DNA from: Candidatus Melainabacteria bacterium 17Bon1m
GTDB taxonomy: Bacteria; Cyanobacteriota; Vampirovibrionia; Obscuribacterales; Obscuribacteraceae
Direction of reading: 5' to 3'
Assembly: GCA_032128875.1 (NCBI GenBank)
Contig: JAVLKG010000002.1
Coordinates: 320,001-384,000 of the forward strand
Length of the DNA stretch: 64,000 bases
Shown here: positions 28,907 through 38,441 of the stretch, in pieces
Position numbering within the stretch: the stretch's first letter is position 1
Layout: each line of letters opens with the position of its first letter
The notes under the pieces: generated by a model
What the model was told of the DNA's origin: nothing
Databases searched by the model: none
What the model saw: only the letters and a program-made list of their open reading frames with translations
Made by a program: the position numbers and the translations under genes

Positions 28907-30373
28907 ATGATTTTTAGCAGCCTCAATTACTTGTTCTTTCTGCCGATTGTCTTCGCGGCCTATTGGCTCACGTCCGGCACGTTAAGACGAGTTATTCTCT
29001 TGGTTGCCAGCTATGTCTTCTACATGAGCTGGCTGCCTTCTTATGGGCTTTTGCTGTTTTTTCTCACAGCCGCTAACTACCTCTTAGGGCTGGCTATCGA
29101 GAAGCATCGAGATAAGAAGTCACTCCTGCTTTTGTCTATTGCAGTCAACTTGGGCTGTCTTGCTTTCTTCAAATACGCAAACTTCCTTTGTCAGTCGCTA
29201 TTTGAACTCCTAAAGTCCACCCATGGATTTTTCGGTCTGCTGCAAACACCGAGTGCATCGCCACTTCTGGACATCGTTTTGCCATTGGGCATTTCATTCT
29301 TCGCATTTGAGTTCATTCACTACACAGTTGATGTGCGTGCTGGTGGAAAAGCGATCAAGAGTCCGATCGACTTTGCGCTTTTTGCCGCATTTTTTCCGTC
29401 GCAAATCTCAGGTCCCATCAAGCGCTATCAGCAGTTTGACGAACAACTGAATGCTCCGAAGAAATTGAGTCAGGAAGACCTTCTTGAAGGTCTGGGGATG
29501 ATCTTGCGGGGACTCTTCAAGAAAGTCGCTCTTGCCGATAACCTGGCTGCGATTACCCATGTTGGAGTCAATCAGGTTGCACAACTCGGCACCGTCGATT
29601 CATGGGTTTTGATGTTTGCCTTTCTGCTGCAAGTCTACTTCGACTTCTCAGGCTACACTGACATGGGCATAGGCTCAGCCCGCTTGCTCGGATTTCATTT
29701 GCCCAACAATTTTGACCTTCCCTACATTGCGTCCAAAAATCTGATCGACTTTTGGCAACGCTGGCACATCACTTTGACCACATGGTTGAGAGACTATGTC
29801 CAAACACCGCTCACTGGTTTTCGTGCGTCGCGTTTGCGTTTCAACATCGCCACTTTAGTGACAATGACCATCTGCGGGCTATGGCATGGCGCCGCCTGGC
29901 ACTTTGTTGCATGGGGTTTTGTGCATGGCGTTTTGCTGGTTTTGACACGCGAGTATTTGCAGATTGTGAAAGGCAGTCAAACTCTGAAGAAAATTCACAG
30001 CAAGAAGTGGATGACGCCGGTTGCTTGTATGAGCACGTTTATCACCATACATTTCACGCAGTCGCTTTTTCTGGCTAAAACTACTGCCGACGCGCTGACA
30101 ATCATGAAGAGTATGGTTTACCCTTCGGCATCAACGCTTAATCTTGCCGAATCATTTTGGTGTTCGCCGGCACTGGCCGGTTTGATTTTGTACTCCCTGT
30201 GGGGACTTTCGTTTGTTGAAATTCCCTGGCTGCCCTTGACGAAAATTCGCTTTGTACGGTCATTTTTGACGGCTTCCCCGGCGCGCCAATACGCGCTGTA
30301 TTTCTGCGTATTTGCAGCCGCGATTGCATTTTGTCCTGCGTATCCCAGTCCCTTTATTTACTTCCAGTTCTAG
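28907..30373 (+). CDS. MBOAT family O-acyltransferase (AlgI/DltB type)
   Basis: LPLGISFFAF, FFPSQISGPIKR, YFDFSGYTDM, FWQRWHITL, catalytic His in GLWHGA, PFIYFQF end. Confidence 0.93.
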   Translation: MIFSSLNYLFFLPIVFAAYWLTSGTLRRVILLVASYVFYMSWLPSYGLLLFFLTAANYLLGLAIEKHRDKKSLLLLSIAVNLGCLAFFKYANFLCQSLFELLKSTHGFFGLLQTPSASPLLDIVLPLGISFFAFEFIHYTVDVRAGGKAIKSPIDFALFAAFFPSQISGPIKRYQQFDEQLNAPKKLSQEDLLEGLGMILRGLFKKVALADNLAAITHVGVNQVAQLGTVDSWVLMFAFLLQVYFDFSGYTDMGIGSARLLGFHLPNNFDLPYIASKNLIDFWQRWHITLTTWLRDYVQTPLTGFRASRLRFNIATLVTMTICGLWHGAAWHFVAWGFVHGVLLVLTREYLQIVKGSQTLKKIHSKKWMTPVACMSTFITIHFTQSLFLAKTTADALTIMKSMVYPSASTLNLAESFWCSPALAGLILYSLWGLSFVEIPWLPLTKIRFVRSFLTASPARQYALYFCVFAAAIAFCPAYPSPFIYFQF

Positions 30374-30384
30374 GCTTGCCAAAA

Positions 30385-31599
30385 ATGACACAAGCGACAA
30401 TTGAGAAAACTGAAGTACCAAGCTCCGCGCCAGTCGCGAGGGATGAAAGCCGAAAAGGTATTGGAACGGTTGCCTTCAAGAAGTTTCGTGCTTTCGGTGA
30501 ATTTTGCGTGTTTTTGGTCGTCGGCTTGCTAATGCTGGAGCTGATTTTTAAATGCGCTGGCATTTGCGATGAAGAGAATTACCTGGTCGATAAACGCGTA
30601 GGTTGGGTGCCGGTTCCAAATCGAAGTTCTACTTACAGGACTGAAGGCTATTCTCGTTACACGATAAATTCGCTCGGTATGCGTGACAAAGAGCGAACGA
30701 TCGCCAAACCTCCAAACACGTTTCGAATTGCTGTAATGGGTTGTTCTGTCACCGAAGGCAAGGAAGTCTTTGTTGACCAAACATACTGCAGTCTTTTAGA
30801 GAAGCAATTGAATCAACAAGGGCCGGTTAAGTACGAAGTGCTCAATTTCGCAGTTGCTGGCTACAATTTAGGTCAAGAGTACTTACGGTTGAAGCATTTT
30901 GCATTGCAGTTCAAACCGGACCTGGTTGTGTTTACCGTGCGTCCAAACGCCCTTTTGTATATGGGAGGTAAAGCGGAAAGTGGTTTATTCGGCTCTCCTC
31001 CTTTGTTTGCTCTTCAGGCTAATGGCGAGTTGCTTGAAGATCATCATGTCCAAGAGCATTGGCTCAGCACTCGTGAGGGAAAACGAGCACAAAAGACCGT
31101 TTGGCTCAGCACGCACAGTAGGCTGTATAAATTGATTGGTAAATGCGCCTATAACCTTGAGGAGTATCGCAAGAAATTAGGTCGAAAGCCTGTTGCGTTG
31201 AAGAAGGACGCAGATGATAATGCAGAAGTGAAAAAGCGTATGGAAAATGCGCAACTTTATTTGAGTAAAGTTGCAGGCGCTTTGGTCGCAGATGCAAAAG
31301 CCATTTGCGATAAAGAACAAGCCGAATTCATGGTGCTTTATTTGCCATTTGGAAGCAAATATAGATCCCCTTTGGAAGGGACGCTGATTGAAAACTTTTG
31401 CAAGAAGCATAATGTCAAATTCGCCGACTGCAACCCTGATTTCGATCAACTACAACTGACTTCGAGAAAGGAGCTGTATTTGAGAGCTCATCCGTCAAGA
31501 TTCGGTCACGAAAAAATAGCCGAGTATCTCAAGTCATACTTAGAGCGCAATGGTTTATTAAAGACTGGTGTTAGCGCCACTCAAAACGTTTTGCAATGA
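30385..31599 (+). CDS. Membrane-anchored SGNH-hydrolase-like protein (AlgJ/DltD-like acyl relay)
   Basis: N-terminal TM helix, INSLGMRD, block I variant GCSVTEG, NFAVAGY, C-terminal AHPS..GH..IA. Confidence 0.75.
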   Translation: MTQATIEKTEVPSSAPVARDESRKGIGTVAFKKFRAFGEFCVFLVVGLLMLELIFKCAGICDEENYLVDKRVGWVPVPNRSSTYRTEGYSRYTINSLGMRDKERTIAKPPNTFRIAVMGCSVTEGKEVFVDQTYCSLLEKQLNQQGPVKYEVLNFAVAGYNLGQEYLRLKHFALQFKPDLVVFTVRPNALLYMGGKAESGLFGSPPLFALQANGELLEDHHVQEHWLSTREGKRAQKTVWLSTHSRLYKLIGKCAYNLEEYRKKLGRKPVALKKDADDNAEVKKRMENAQLYLSKVAGALVADAKAICDKEQAEFMVLYLPFGSKYRSPLEGTLIENFCKKHNVKFADCNPDFDQLQLTSRKELYLRAHPSRFGHEKIAEYLKSYLERNGLLKTGVSATQNVLQ

Positions 31600-31617
31600 A
31601 GAATCCAAAGGTTTCCA

Positions 31618-31890
31618 ATGACTAACACAAAACAAAATTCAACTGATACTCAGGACAAAATCAAGCAATACCTTATTAGCAATAGCCTTGCGGAATTCGA
31701 TGCAGGTGTGACGGAAAATTCAGATCTATTCAAAGAAGGATTTCTCGATTCATTTGGATATATCGAACTGGTCAAGTTTTTGGAGAAATCGTTCGGCATC
31801 CGCTTTACTGACGAAGAGTTAGTGTCCAACAGGCTAAATACGCTGAAAAATATTACAGACATGGTGCAAGGCAAGATCGATGCCCGTTAA
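31618..31890 (+). CDS. Acyl carrier protein (DltC-like)
   Basis: Phosphopantetheine site GFLDSFG, LEKSFGI, small size. Confidence 0.88.
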   Translation: MTNTKQNSTDTQDKIKQYLISNSLAEFDAGVTENSDLFKEGFLDSFGYIELVKFLEKSFGIRFTDEELVSNRLNTLKNITDMVQGKIDAR

Positions 31891-32917
31891 AACGGAGAAC
31901 AAGTTGTGTGTGCGTTGCGTACTGCCGGAGAATTTTCCCGGTGTTCGCTTCAACGACGAAGGCGTGTGTATCCATTGCCAGCAGGCGCCGAGCGCAGATG
32001 ATGTTTTAGAAAACGTAGCACGGCTTCATGGCGAGATGGTCTCCGCTATCGAGACAAATAGGGGTGGTCGTGACTATGATTGCATTGTCGCTTACAGTGG
32101 TGGCAAAGATTCAAGCTACACCCTGAAAGTTCTTACGGAAAACTTCGGGCTCAAATGTCTGGCTGTCACTGTCGATAACGGATTCATGTCCGAGCAGGCG
32201 CGAGTCAACGCAAAGGCTGTCACCGAGTCCCTTGGTGTCGACTATCAATTGTTTGCGCCGGCGTGGGACTTCATGTCGAGAATGTACAAGCAGAGTGTCG
32301 ACAATTCTGAGTTGCATTCCAAGGCTGCAATTAAGCGTGCTAGTGCAGTCTGCAATTCTTGTATCGGACTTGTAAACGTCTACATGATCCGCCTGGCGCT
32401 TATGCACGGCGTGAAGCTTATAGCTGGTGGCTACATCGGGGGGCAGGTCCCGAAGGATACAGCGATTCTCGAGCTTAATCTCGATTTCTATTTGAAGACG
32501 CGCGAAGCGACCATGGAGCGCTATGAAAGTTCGTTCGGCGAAGACACAAGAAAGTATTTCGATGTGCCTCAAGAGCTGCTTCAGAGTTCGCAAATGAGTA
32601 AACTGACCATCCTCAATCCGATGCTTGCTCTCAATGTGGGAGAAGAGGAGATTATCGCGCAACTGGCGCCTCTGGGCTGGAAGCAAACTATTGACACGGG
32701 TGTCAATTCGAGCAATTGCCGTCTCAACGATTTTGGAATTGCCATGCACTACAACACGCATGGTTTCAATCCATACGTGTTTGAAATCTCTGAGCAAGTG
32801 CGGCATGGTCTCATGACGCGCGAAGTTGCACTAAAGAAAGCTCTTTCTATTCCTTCGCTGAATGATGTGCAGTGGCAGGCGAAAAAGCTGGGCGTTGAGA
32901 TTGCATGTGCGGAATAG
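31880..32917 (+). CDS. Adenine nucleotide alpha-hydrolase (PP-loop) protein, N-acetyl-sugar amidotransferase/AMDH-like
   Basis: CVRCVLP...GVCIHC, YDCIVAYSGGKDSSY, VTVDNGF, CNSC, SSNC. Confidence 0.8.
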   Translation: MPVKTENKLCVRCVLPENFPGVRFNDEGVCIHCQQAPSADDVLENVARLHGEMVSAIETNRGGRDYDCIVAYSGGKDSSYTLKVLTENFGLKCLAVTVDNGFMSEQARVNAKAVTESLGVDYQLFAPAWDFMSRMYKQSVDNSELHSKAAIKRASAVCNSCIGLVNVYMIRLALMHGVKLIAGGYIGGQVPKDTAILELNLDFYLKTREATMERYESSFGEDTRKYFDVPQELLQSSQMSKLTILNPMLALNVGEEEIIAQLAPLGWKQTIDTGVNSSNCRLNDFGIAMHYNTHGFNPYVFEISEQVRHGLMTREVALKKALSIPSLNDVQWQAKKLGVEIACAE

Positions 32918-34905
32918 CAGGACTTTATTCTGTTAATCGCAGCAGTGATGAGTATCCCTCTATCATTGTCGATATGCTCAGTCGTATCAAGCATCGAGGA
33001 CCCGATGAAAGTGGATATTTCTTCGACGACAATGCTGTAATTGGTTCGGTCCGTCTGCGCATAATCGATTTGCACACAGGGTCTCAGCCTCTGACTGACA
33101 GCAGTGGAAGGTTTTGGATCGCGTATAACGGTGAGATCTATAATTATTTAGAGCTGAAAGAACAGCTTAAGGCGCGTGGACATAGTTTCAAAACTGAGTC
33201 GGACACTGAAGTACTGCTGCTCTCGTATATTGAGTGGGGACTCGATGCCTTCAAGCGTTTCAATGGTGGCTTTAGTGTCGCTATTTATGACACCCTGAAG
33301 AAAGAACTTGTACTTGCCAGGGACCGTTATGGAAAGCGCCCTCTGTATTATGCAACTGCGGGCAATACCACCGTTTTTGCCTCCGAGATGAAAGCCTTTC
33401 TTGGAAATCCTGATGTTTCCTTCGCCTGGGATAACGAGCAGCTTTCGCCCATTTTTTCGCACTGGGTGCCGGTAGAGTATCAAACAGGTTTCAAAAATAT
33501 TGCCCAGATTCCTTCAGCCAGCTACATGGTTATAAACGAATCTGGCAGTCGTGTTGAGACTTACGATATTTTGGATTTGCAGGTTGAAGAGTTCAAAGGT
33601 ACTGAGGAAGAAGCCGTCGAGATAACTCGTGAAAAACTGCGTGAGGCTGTCCGCCTGCGTCTTCAGAGCGACGTGGAAGTCGGGGTCTATCTAAGCGGTG
33701 GTCTAGATTCCTCTATAACTTCTTTGTTGGCAAAACAACTCAACCCGCTGCCGGTTCGATCATTTTCGGTCGCATTCACTGATGAGAATTTTGACGAATC
33801 TCAATATCAAGAAGAGACGAGCAAATTTATTGGTACAAAACATACCTCACTGCGTGTGACGCATGAAGACATTGCACGTGACTTTCCGCTCGCTGTCTAT
33901 CATTCAGAAGTTCCACTTTTTCGCTCTGCCCTGGTTCCGCTATACACGCTTTCAAAAATGGTGCGAGAACATGGAATAAAAGTTGTCCTTACAGGCGAGG
34001 GATCTGATGAAACATTTCTTGGATATGACATATTCAAGGAGACAAATCTTCTCGACCGCTGGATGAAGGGCGCAGATGAGTCTGAGCGCGAGCAGCTTGT
34101 AGCAGGGCTTTATCCGTATCTCAAGCACTATAACAAAGACAATTTTAGAGCGATATCCGGTACTTACTCGAGATATGCACAACCCGGTGAAGCGAAATAT
34201 TTCGGGCATTCGATTCGCTTCGGTAATTCGCGTTTGGCTCTCAAGTTTCTCAAAGACGGTAACGATCCTGATAATTTCTTGTCTGACTTTGTAAGTGCGC
34301 ATTCTCGAGAATATGACGCCTTGAGCCCTATCGCAAAGACGCAGTGGCTCGAGTTTAAAACGCTGTTGGGCGGCTACCTGCTTTCCTCTCAAGGTGATCG
34401 CATGGCTTTGGCAAACGGCGTTGAAAATCGTTGTCCCTTCCTCGATCCAAATCTAGTTGCCTGGGCGTTTGGTTTGCCGGTCGAATATCGATTGAAAGGC
34501 GGTCTTGGCGAAAAGAACATCTTGAAAAAGGCCTTCGAGAAGGAGTTGCCGCCGTCAGTCATCACGCGCTCCAAACAACCTTTTGTTGCTCCAGATGCGG
34601 TCGTCTTTCTTTCAAAGTCACCACCGGAATACGTCGAGAGTGTCTTATCGGTAGATGAGCTAAAAAAAATCGATTCGCTCGATCACGGATTTTGTCAAAA
34701 GTTCGTTGATAAGCTGCGAAATTCAGAGCCCGGGCGCATTGCGCCTCGAGAGAATCAAGCATTCTTACTTCTGCTCTCTATGGCTCTTCTCGACAAATAC
34801 TATGTACGCAGAGAATATCGAGATATCTCTCCGTTTGAAAAAATCGAGAATATTACGATTGCCGTTGATGGGCGTCAGGCACCAAGGGCGGTATCAAAAC
34901 TTTAG
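32905..34905 (+). CDS. asnB: Asparagine synthetase-like glutamine-dependent amidotransferase
   Basis: Ntn nucleophile MCGIAG, HRGPD, NGEIYNY, RDRYGKRPLYY, LSGGLDSS, LTGEGSDE, RCPFLD. Confidence 0.92.
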   Translation: MCGIAGLYSVNRSSDEYPSIIVDMLSRIKHRGPDESGYFFDDNAVIGSVRLRIIDLHTGSQPLTDSSGRFWIAYNGEIYNYLELKEQLKARGHSFKTESDTEVLLLSYIEWGLDAFKRFNGGFSVAIYDTLKKELVLARDRYGKRPLYYATAGNTTVFASEMKAFLGNPDVSFAWDNEQLSPIFSHWVPVEYQTGFKNIAQIPSASYMVINESGSRVETYDILDLQVEEFKGTEEEAVEITREKLREAVRLRLQSDVEVGVYLSGGLDSSITSLLAKQLNPLPVRSFSVAFTDENFDESQYQEETSKFIGTKHTSLRVTHEDIARDFPLAVYHSEVPLFRSALVPLYTLSKMVREHGIKVVLTGEGSDETFLGYDIFKETNLLDRWMKGADESEREQLVAGLYPYLKHYNKDNFRAISGTYSRYAQPGEAKYFGHSIRFGNSRLALKFLKDGNDPDNFLSDFVSAHSREYDALSPIAKTQWLEFKTLLGGYLLSSQGDRMALANGVENRCPFLDPNLVAWAFGLPVEYRLKGGLGEKNILKKAFEKELPPSVITRSKQPFVAPDAVVFLSKSPPEYVESVLSVDELKKIDSLDHGFCQKFVDKLRNSEPGRIAPRENQAFLLLLSMALLDKYYVRREYRDISPFEKIENITIAVDGRQAPRAVSKL

Positions 34906-35726
34906 TTGCTTCGTGCGTCTTTTGTTGGAGCTGTAGCCGGTGTTGGAGCCGCTGGCGCTGGAGTTTCTGCCGGCGGTTTTTTTTCTGTGTCCGACTGCGT
35001 GTAATTGCGCGTGTACAAGTTTGTTCCAACTGGCGATAAATGATGCTTGCCGTCTTTGTGTTTTTCCTGCAACAGGCTTTTTAGATTTTCTGCGCTTCGT
35101 TGAACTTCTGTCGGCGTCCTTTTGTAATATCCGCCTTGGTTTGACTCATATTGCCTGCTGAGTCCGTCTAAATACCGCGCCAGTTCAGGAGGAACATCAC
35201 CCCTCTTAGGACCCATCCACCAGGGCGCGCTTCCGCCAGCCTGGCGCCTGCCAGAATTTTGCATTCCTTGCCCTGCCTGTTTGTCCAATGTTGCCAGCGC
35301 GCGTTCCATCGCAGGATCTAACCGTGGTGCCGCTTGCTCGGACGCTCTCTTTGTCAGCCCTTGCCCCTGTGCATCTACGTCGAGGTAATCCAGAGCCTGT
35401 TTGGCGAACTTCCCTACTTGTCCGGTCGGATCAAGTGCATAAGCAATGCGAAACTCTCTAACAGCAGACTCCATCTGCTTCAAATGCACGCAGCAATTGC
35501 CCATGTAGTAGTGCAGAGTCGGGTTGTTGAACTCGGTTGGCATCGCAGCGCCGAGATTTCCTGCGGCGGCGGCGAAGTCGCCATTACGATAATCTTGAAC
35601 ACCCTGCAAGAGAAACTTGTTGACGGCGAGTGCCGGAGCCAGGCCTGACGCCGCGAAGAGAAAGCAGCCAGCAAGCAAAGCCCGCGAGGCTTTCTTTCGT
35701 ATTGCTTTTTCGCTGCCGGCTTTCAT
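34902..35726 (-). CDS. Exported TPR-containing protein
   Basis: Signal peptide (ALA), TPR LHYYMGNCC...AVREFRIAYALDP, Pro/Ala tail. Confidence 0.7.
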   Translation of the reverse strand: MKAGSEKAIRKKASRALLAGCFLFAASGLAPALAVNKFLLQGVQDYRNGDFAAAAGNLGAAMPTEFNNPTLHYYMGNCCVHLKQMESAVREFRIAYALDPTGQVGKFAKQALDYLDVDAQGQGLTKRASEQAAPRLDPAMERALATLDKQAGQGMQNSGRRQAGGSAPWWMGPKRGDVPPELARYLDGLSRQYESNQGGYYKRTPTEVQRSAENLKSLLQEKHKDGKHHLSPVGTNLYTRNYTQSDTEKKPPAETPAPAAPTPATAPTKDARSN

Positions 35727-35771
35727 TAATTGGCTCCGAATGCTTCTCTCATCTTACATGCCCAGTTCATA

Positions 35772-37313
35772 TTATTCTGTGATGAAGTTGGAAATTGTCG
35801 TTCTAGAAATGATAAGGATGCCCAGGCAAGAGTTAAAGCCTGTGCCTGGTGCCCATCTAACCGTGCCCGAAACTTGAGTGTATTTCTCACAGTCTGGGTT
35901 GCCGCCAATAATTTGTGGCCAACAATAGTTTGGTTCGTCACGTTGTTCGTTTTCATTGACGATGAGCTTTGCTTCGCCATCAATCGTAGTCTGCGAGTTC
36001 ATCCATGATTCAGGAAGCGGTTGCCCCGGAATAATGGGAGCGATCCTTATTTTGGGATCTGTTTTGTCCTGACTGCCATACACCGGATAGATGATGTACT
36101 CAGGAGCTGGAGGAACAGATTGCAGCATTGCATTGAGTTCTCCCATCGTAAAGTCGTGTTTGATTTCTTTGATTCGTTGCAGCATCCTTTCATATTGCTC
36201 TTTGTGATTGCCTGGGAGCGCATTCATAGAACCAAGCAAGGTGCCTGATTTGTATTCGTTGCCTAACGACGCATAGCCATTCAAAATGCGGTTGTTTTTC
36301 AGTTGATAGCCTTTAATTCCGAACACTGTCTTAGGTTCAAAACCATACGGAGTTTTAGGCGCAGCCTCTTTCTCTTTGACTTTCCAATAAGCAAAATTTG
36401 ACATTAAGATCTTGATGTATGCATGCGGAATCGCCAGTCTGTACTCGTGCATCGGGTTTGCGACACTCGACGCTGATGCGCTTAAAGAAGCCTTTGTGCC
36501 TAGGTTTATGCCGTTGGCGCGAAATGCATTTGGGACAGGATTGCCTGGTACCGGATTTGTGCGCGCATCGTTGGCATTGAAATTACTGTCCGTAGTGAGG
36601 TGCGGCATTTCATTGGGAACGAATGATGCGAACGTGAAATTCTTGTTGTTGGCGTTGAATGGCATATATCCTTTCACATGACCGCCGCTGGAAGGTGCCA
36701 CACCCGCGCCTTTGGGAATCTGTTTCTCATCGAATTTCAGATTGCTGGCGGCGCCTCGGTCCACCATGGCGACGTCCCATCCAGGTCCGTCAACTGTTTT
36801 TAAATCTGAGTTGGCACCAAGTAATTTTGCCCTGCGAAGATTGGCAATGTCGTTGAAGAACGAGTCCAACTTTTGTTTGCATGTCACTGTCTCGACCAAG
36901 GTGTCATTGCATTGCTGCGCTATACGATAGGCTTGATCGGCATTCTGGGCGGTGTATGAATTCGCCAGTCCTTCTTTTTGAATCGCTTCTGCGTTGGCGT
37001 TGATTAAATACGCTTTGCCCCAGATGCGGTTGATATTGCTCATTCCGACTAATCCGCCTTTGTCTGCGACGTCGGAGAATTGATCGGAGATGGGCACTCT
37101 CAGTTTTGCAACTTGTTTGGAAACGTTGAGAGCGGCGGCGTCAACAGCATTTCGAACTTCTCGGGAGCCGCTATTGAGTGTGTAAAACTGGAAGGCGACG
37201 AAGACGAGGATAATCAGAAATCCTGCACTCACAACAACAAGAACGAGAGAAACACCGCGTTCTTCACGTTTTGTTTTTTTGACTAATCTTGAGTTTGCAG
37301 TTTTCATCTTCAT
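35772..37313 (-). CDS. TadG-like Flp pilus tip pseudopilin
   Basis: Basic leader, RG|VSLVLVVV hydrophobic helix, RNAVDAAAL motif. Confidence 0.7.
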   Translation of the reverse strand: MKMKTANSRLVKKTKREERGVSLVLVVVSAGFLIILVFVAFQFYTLNSGSREVRNAVDAAALNVSKQVAKLRVPISDQFSDVADKGGLVGMSNINRIWGKAYLINANAEAIQKEGLANSYTAQNADQAYRIAQQCNDTLVETVTCKQKLDSFFNDIANLRRAKLLGANSDLKTVDGPGWDVAMVDRGAASNLKFDEKQIPKGAGVAPSSGGHVKGYMPFNANNKNFTFASFVPNEMPHLTTDSNFNANDARTNPVPGNPVPNAFRANGINLGTKASLSASASSVANPMHEYRLAIPHAYIKILMSNFAYWKVKEKEAAPKTPYGFEPKTVFGIKGYQLKNNRILNGYASLGNEYKSGTLLGSMNALPGNHKEQYERMLQRIKEIKHDFTMGELNAMLQSVPPAPEYIIYPVYGSQDKTDPKIRIAPIIPGQPLPESWMNSQTTIDGEAKLIVNENEQRDEPNYCWPQIIGGNPDCEKYTQVSGTVRWAPGTGFNSCLGILIISRTTISNFITE

Positions 37314-37316
37314 ATC

Positions 37317-37772
37317 CTAGTTGGGTGCCGGAGTTGAGACGATGGGCTCGATTGAGCTAGCGCGGCATTTTATTTCTTCGTAACCAGGCAGTGGAACTGG
37401 TAATTTTAGTTGCATCAATGTTGCGACCGATACCAAGCCTTTTGCTGGATCGTATTGAACGTCATCGACCATGACTGCTTGAACCATCCATACAGGCGTG
37501 CAGTGCTTCACAACATCTTCCGCGACTGTTTGCGCGCTGTCCTGCGTGGTTGCTTTGGCTGCACCACGGGCAGCCGCTTCAGCGAGGTGCTCATTGCTGT
37601 CGACTGCAGACATGAAGGCGACTACGTCTACTGCTGCAAGACCGATTGGGATGAGAATGATAAAGCCGGTCAGTGTTTCTACCAAGCTGGATGCTCGGTT
37701 CGATCTAGCCGAGTATTGAGAAAGCCTCGCATACTTTCGTGTAGTGGTCCGGTTTTTAGCGGAACATATCAT
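37317..37772 (-). CDS. TadE-like minor pilin
   Basis: RA|SSLVE plus hydrophobic helix and AEAAARGAA. Confidence 0.7.
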   Translation of the reverse strand: MICSAKNRTTTRKYARLSQYSARSNRASSLVETLTGFIILIPIGLAAVDVVAFMSAVDSNEHLAEAAARGAAKATTQDSAQTVAEDVVKHCTPVWMVQAVMVDDVQYDPAKGLVSVATLMQLKLPVPLPGYEEIKCRASSIEPIVSTPAPN

Positions 37773-38271
37773 TTGGGTTCTCCAAAAGTTTAGTCCGCGC
37801 GACTTTCATTTCTACTGGGGCACCGAGTGCCGGTATTTTCGCCAGAAATGGGATTTTCAGTAGAGGTTCGATTGATACGTTTGTGGTCACAGTTACGTAA
37901 ACTGCAACCTCGCTGAGCTTGTAGTCTACTTTTGTCACTGGAGGTCCGGAGAGGCGCGCAAGCCCACCCATTGCAGAGCCTGCCCATTTGTTAGGGATGC
38001 CTGCAATGACTTCTCCTCTGTCTGAAACAGCCAGGCTTTTGGCGGACTTGGACGCTTCGCGAAGCTGAATGTCATTGAGCGTCATGACCGAGTAATAGCT
38101 GATGCCGAAGTAGATGACATCGATAAGCGGAAAGAGCGCAAACATGAGCAGCAAGAACAACGCTGGTCCTGCCTCGCTCAATGCTGTTCCGCGGCGCCTG
38201 CGCGAAACTGATAGCTGCCGCCTTTTGAAGACGCAGGAGGTTTCGCAAGACCTGAGGCGAGCGCTCACCAA
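37756..38271 (-). CDS. TadE-like minor pilin (start uncertain)
   Basis: RRRG|TALSE plus hydrophobic helix and LREAS. Confidence 0.7.
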   Translation of the reverse strand: MVSARLRSCETSCVFKRRQLSVSRRRRGTALSEAGPALFLLLMFALFPLIDVIYFGISYYSVMTLNDIQLREASKSAKSLAVSDRGEVIAGIPNKWAGSAMGGLARLSGPPVTKVDYKLSEVAVYVTVTTNVSIEPLLKIPFLAKIPALGAPVEMKVARTKLLENPNDMFR

Positions 38272-38340
38272 ATAGTTCTCCCCGGCTTTCGAACTAGTGA
38301 CCCATCAGACGGCTTACAAGAAAGTGAGAATTGCCTAATA

Positions 38341-38370
38341 ATTATAACAGAGCTTATACATTAGCTCTGT
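38341..38370 (-). promoter_or_regulatory. Extended -10 promoter with an overlapping palindromic operator upstream of the tad pilin genes
   Basis: Minus strand reads ACAGAGCT-N8-AGCTCTGT directly followed by TATAAT, giving TGnTATAAT. Confidence 0.55.
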
Positions 38371-38441
38371 AAAGGTAGTGTGTGCTGGTTATGGAACTCT
38401 GAAGGGTATTGTTGGAGAGCTTTTTGAGCCAGTTGTGATTT

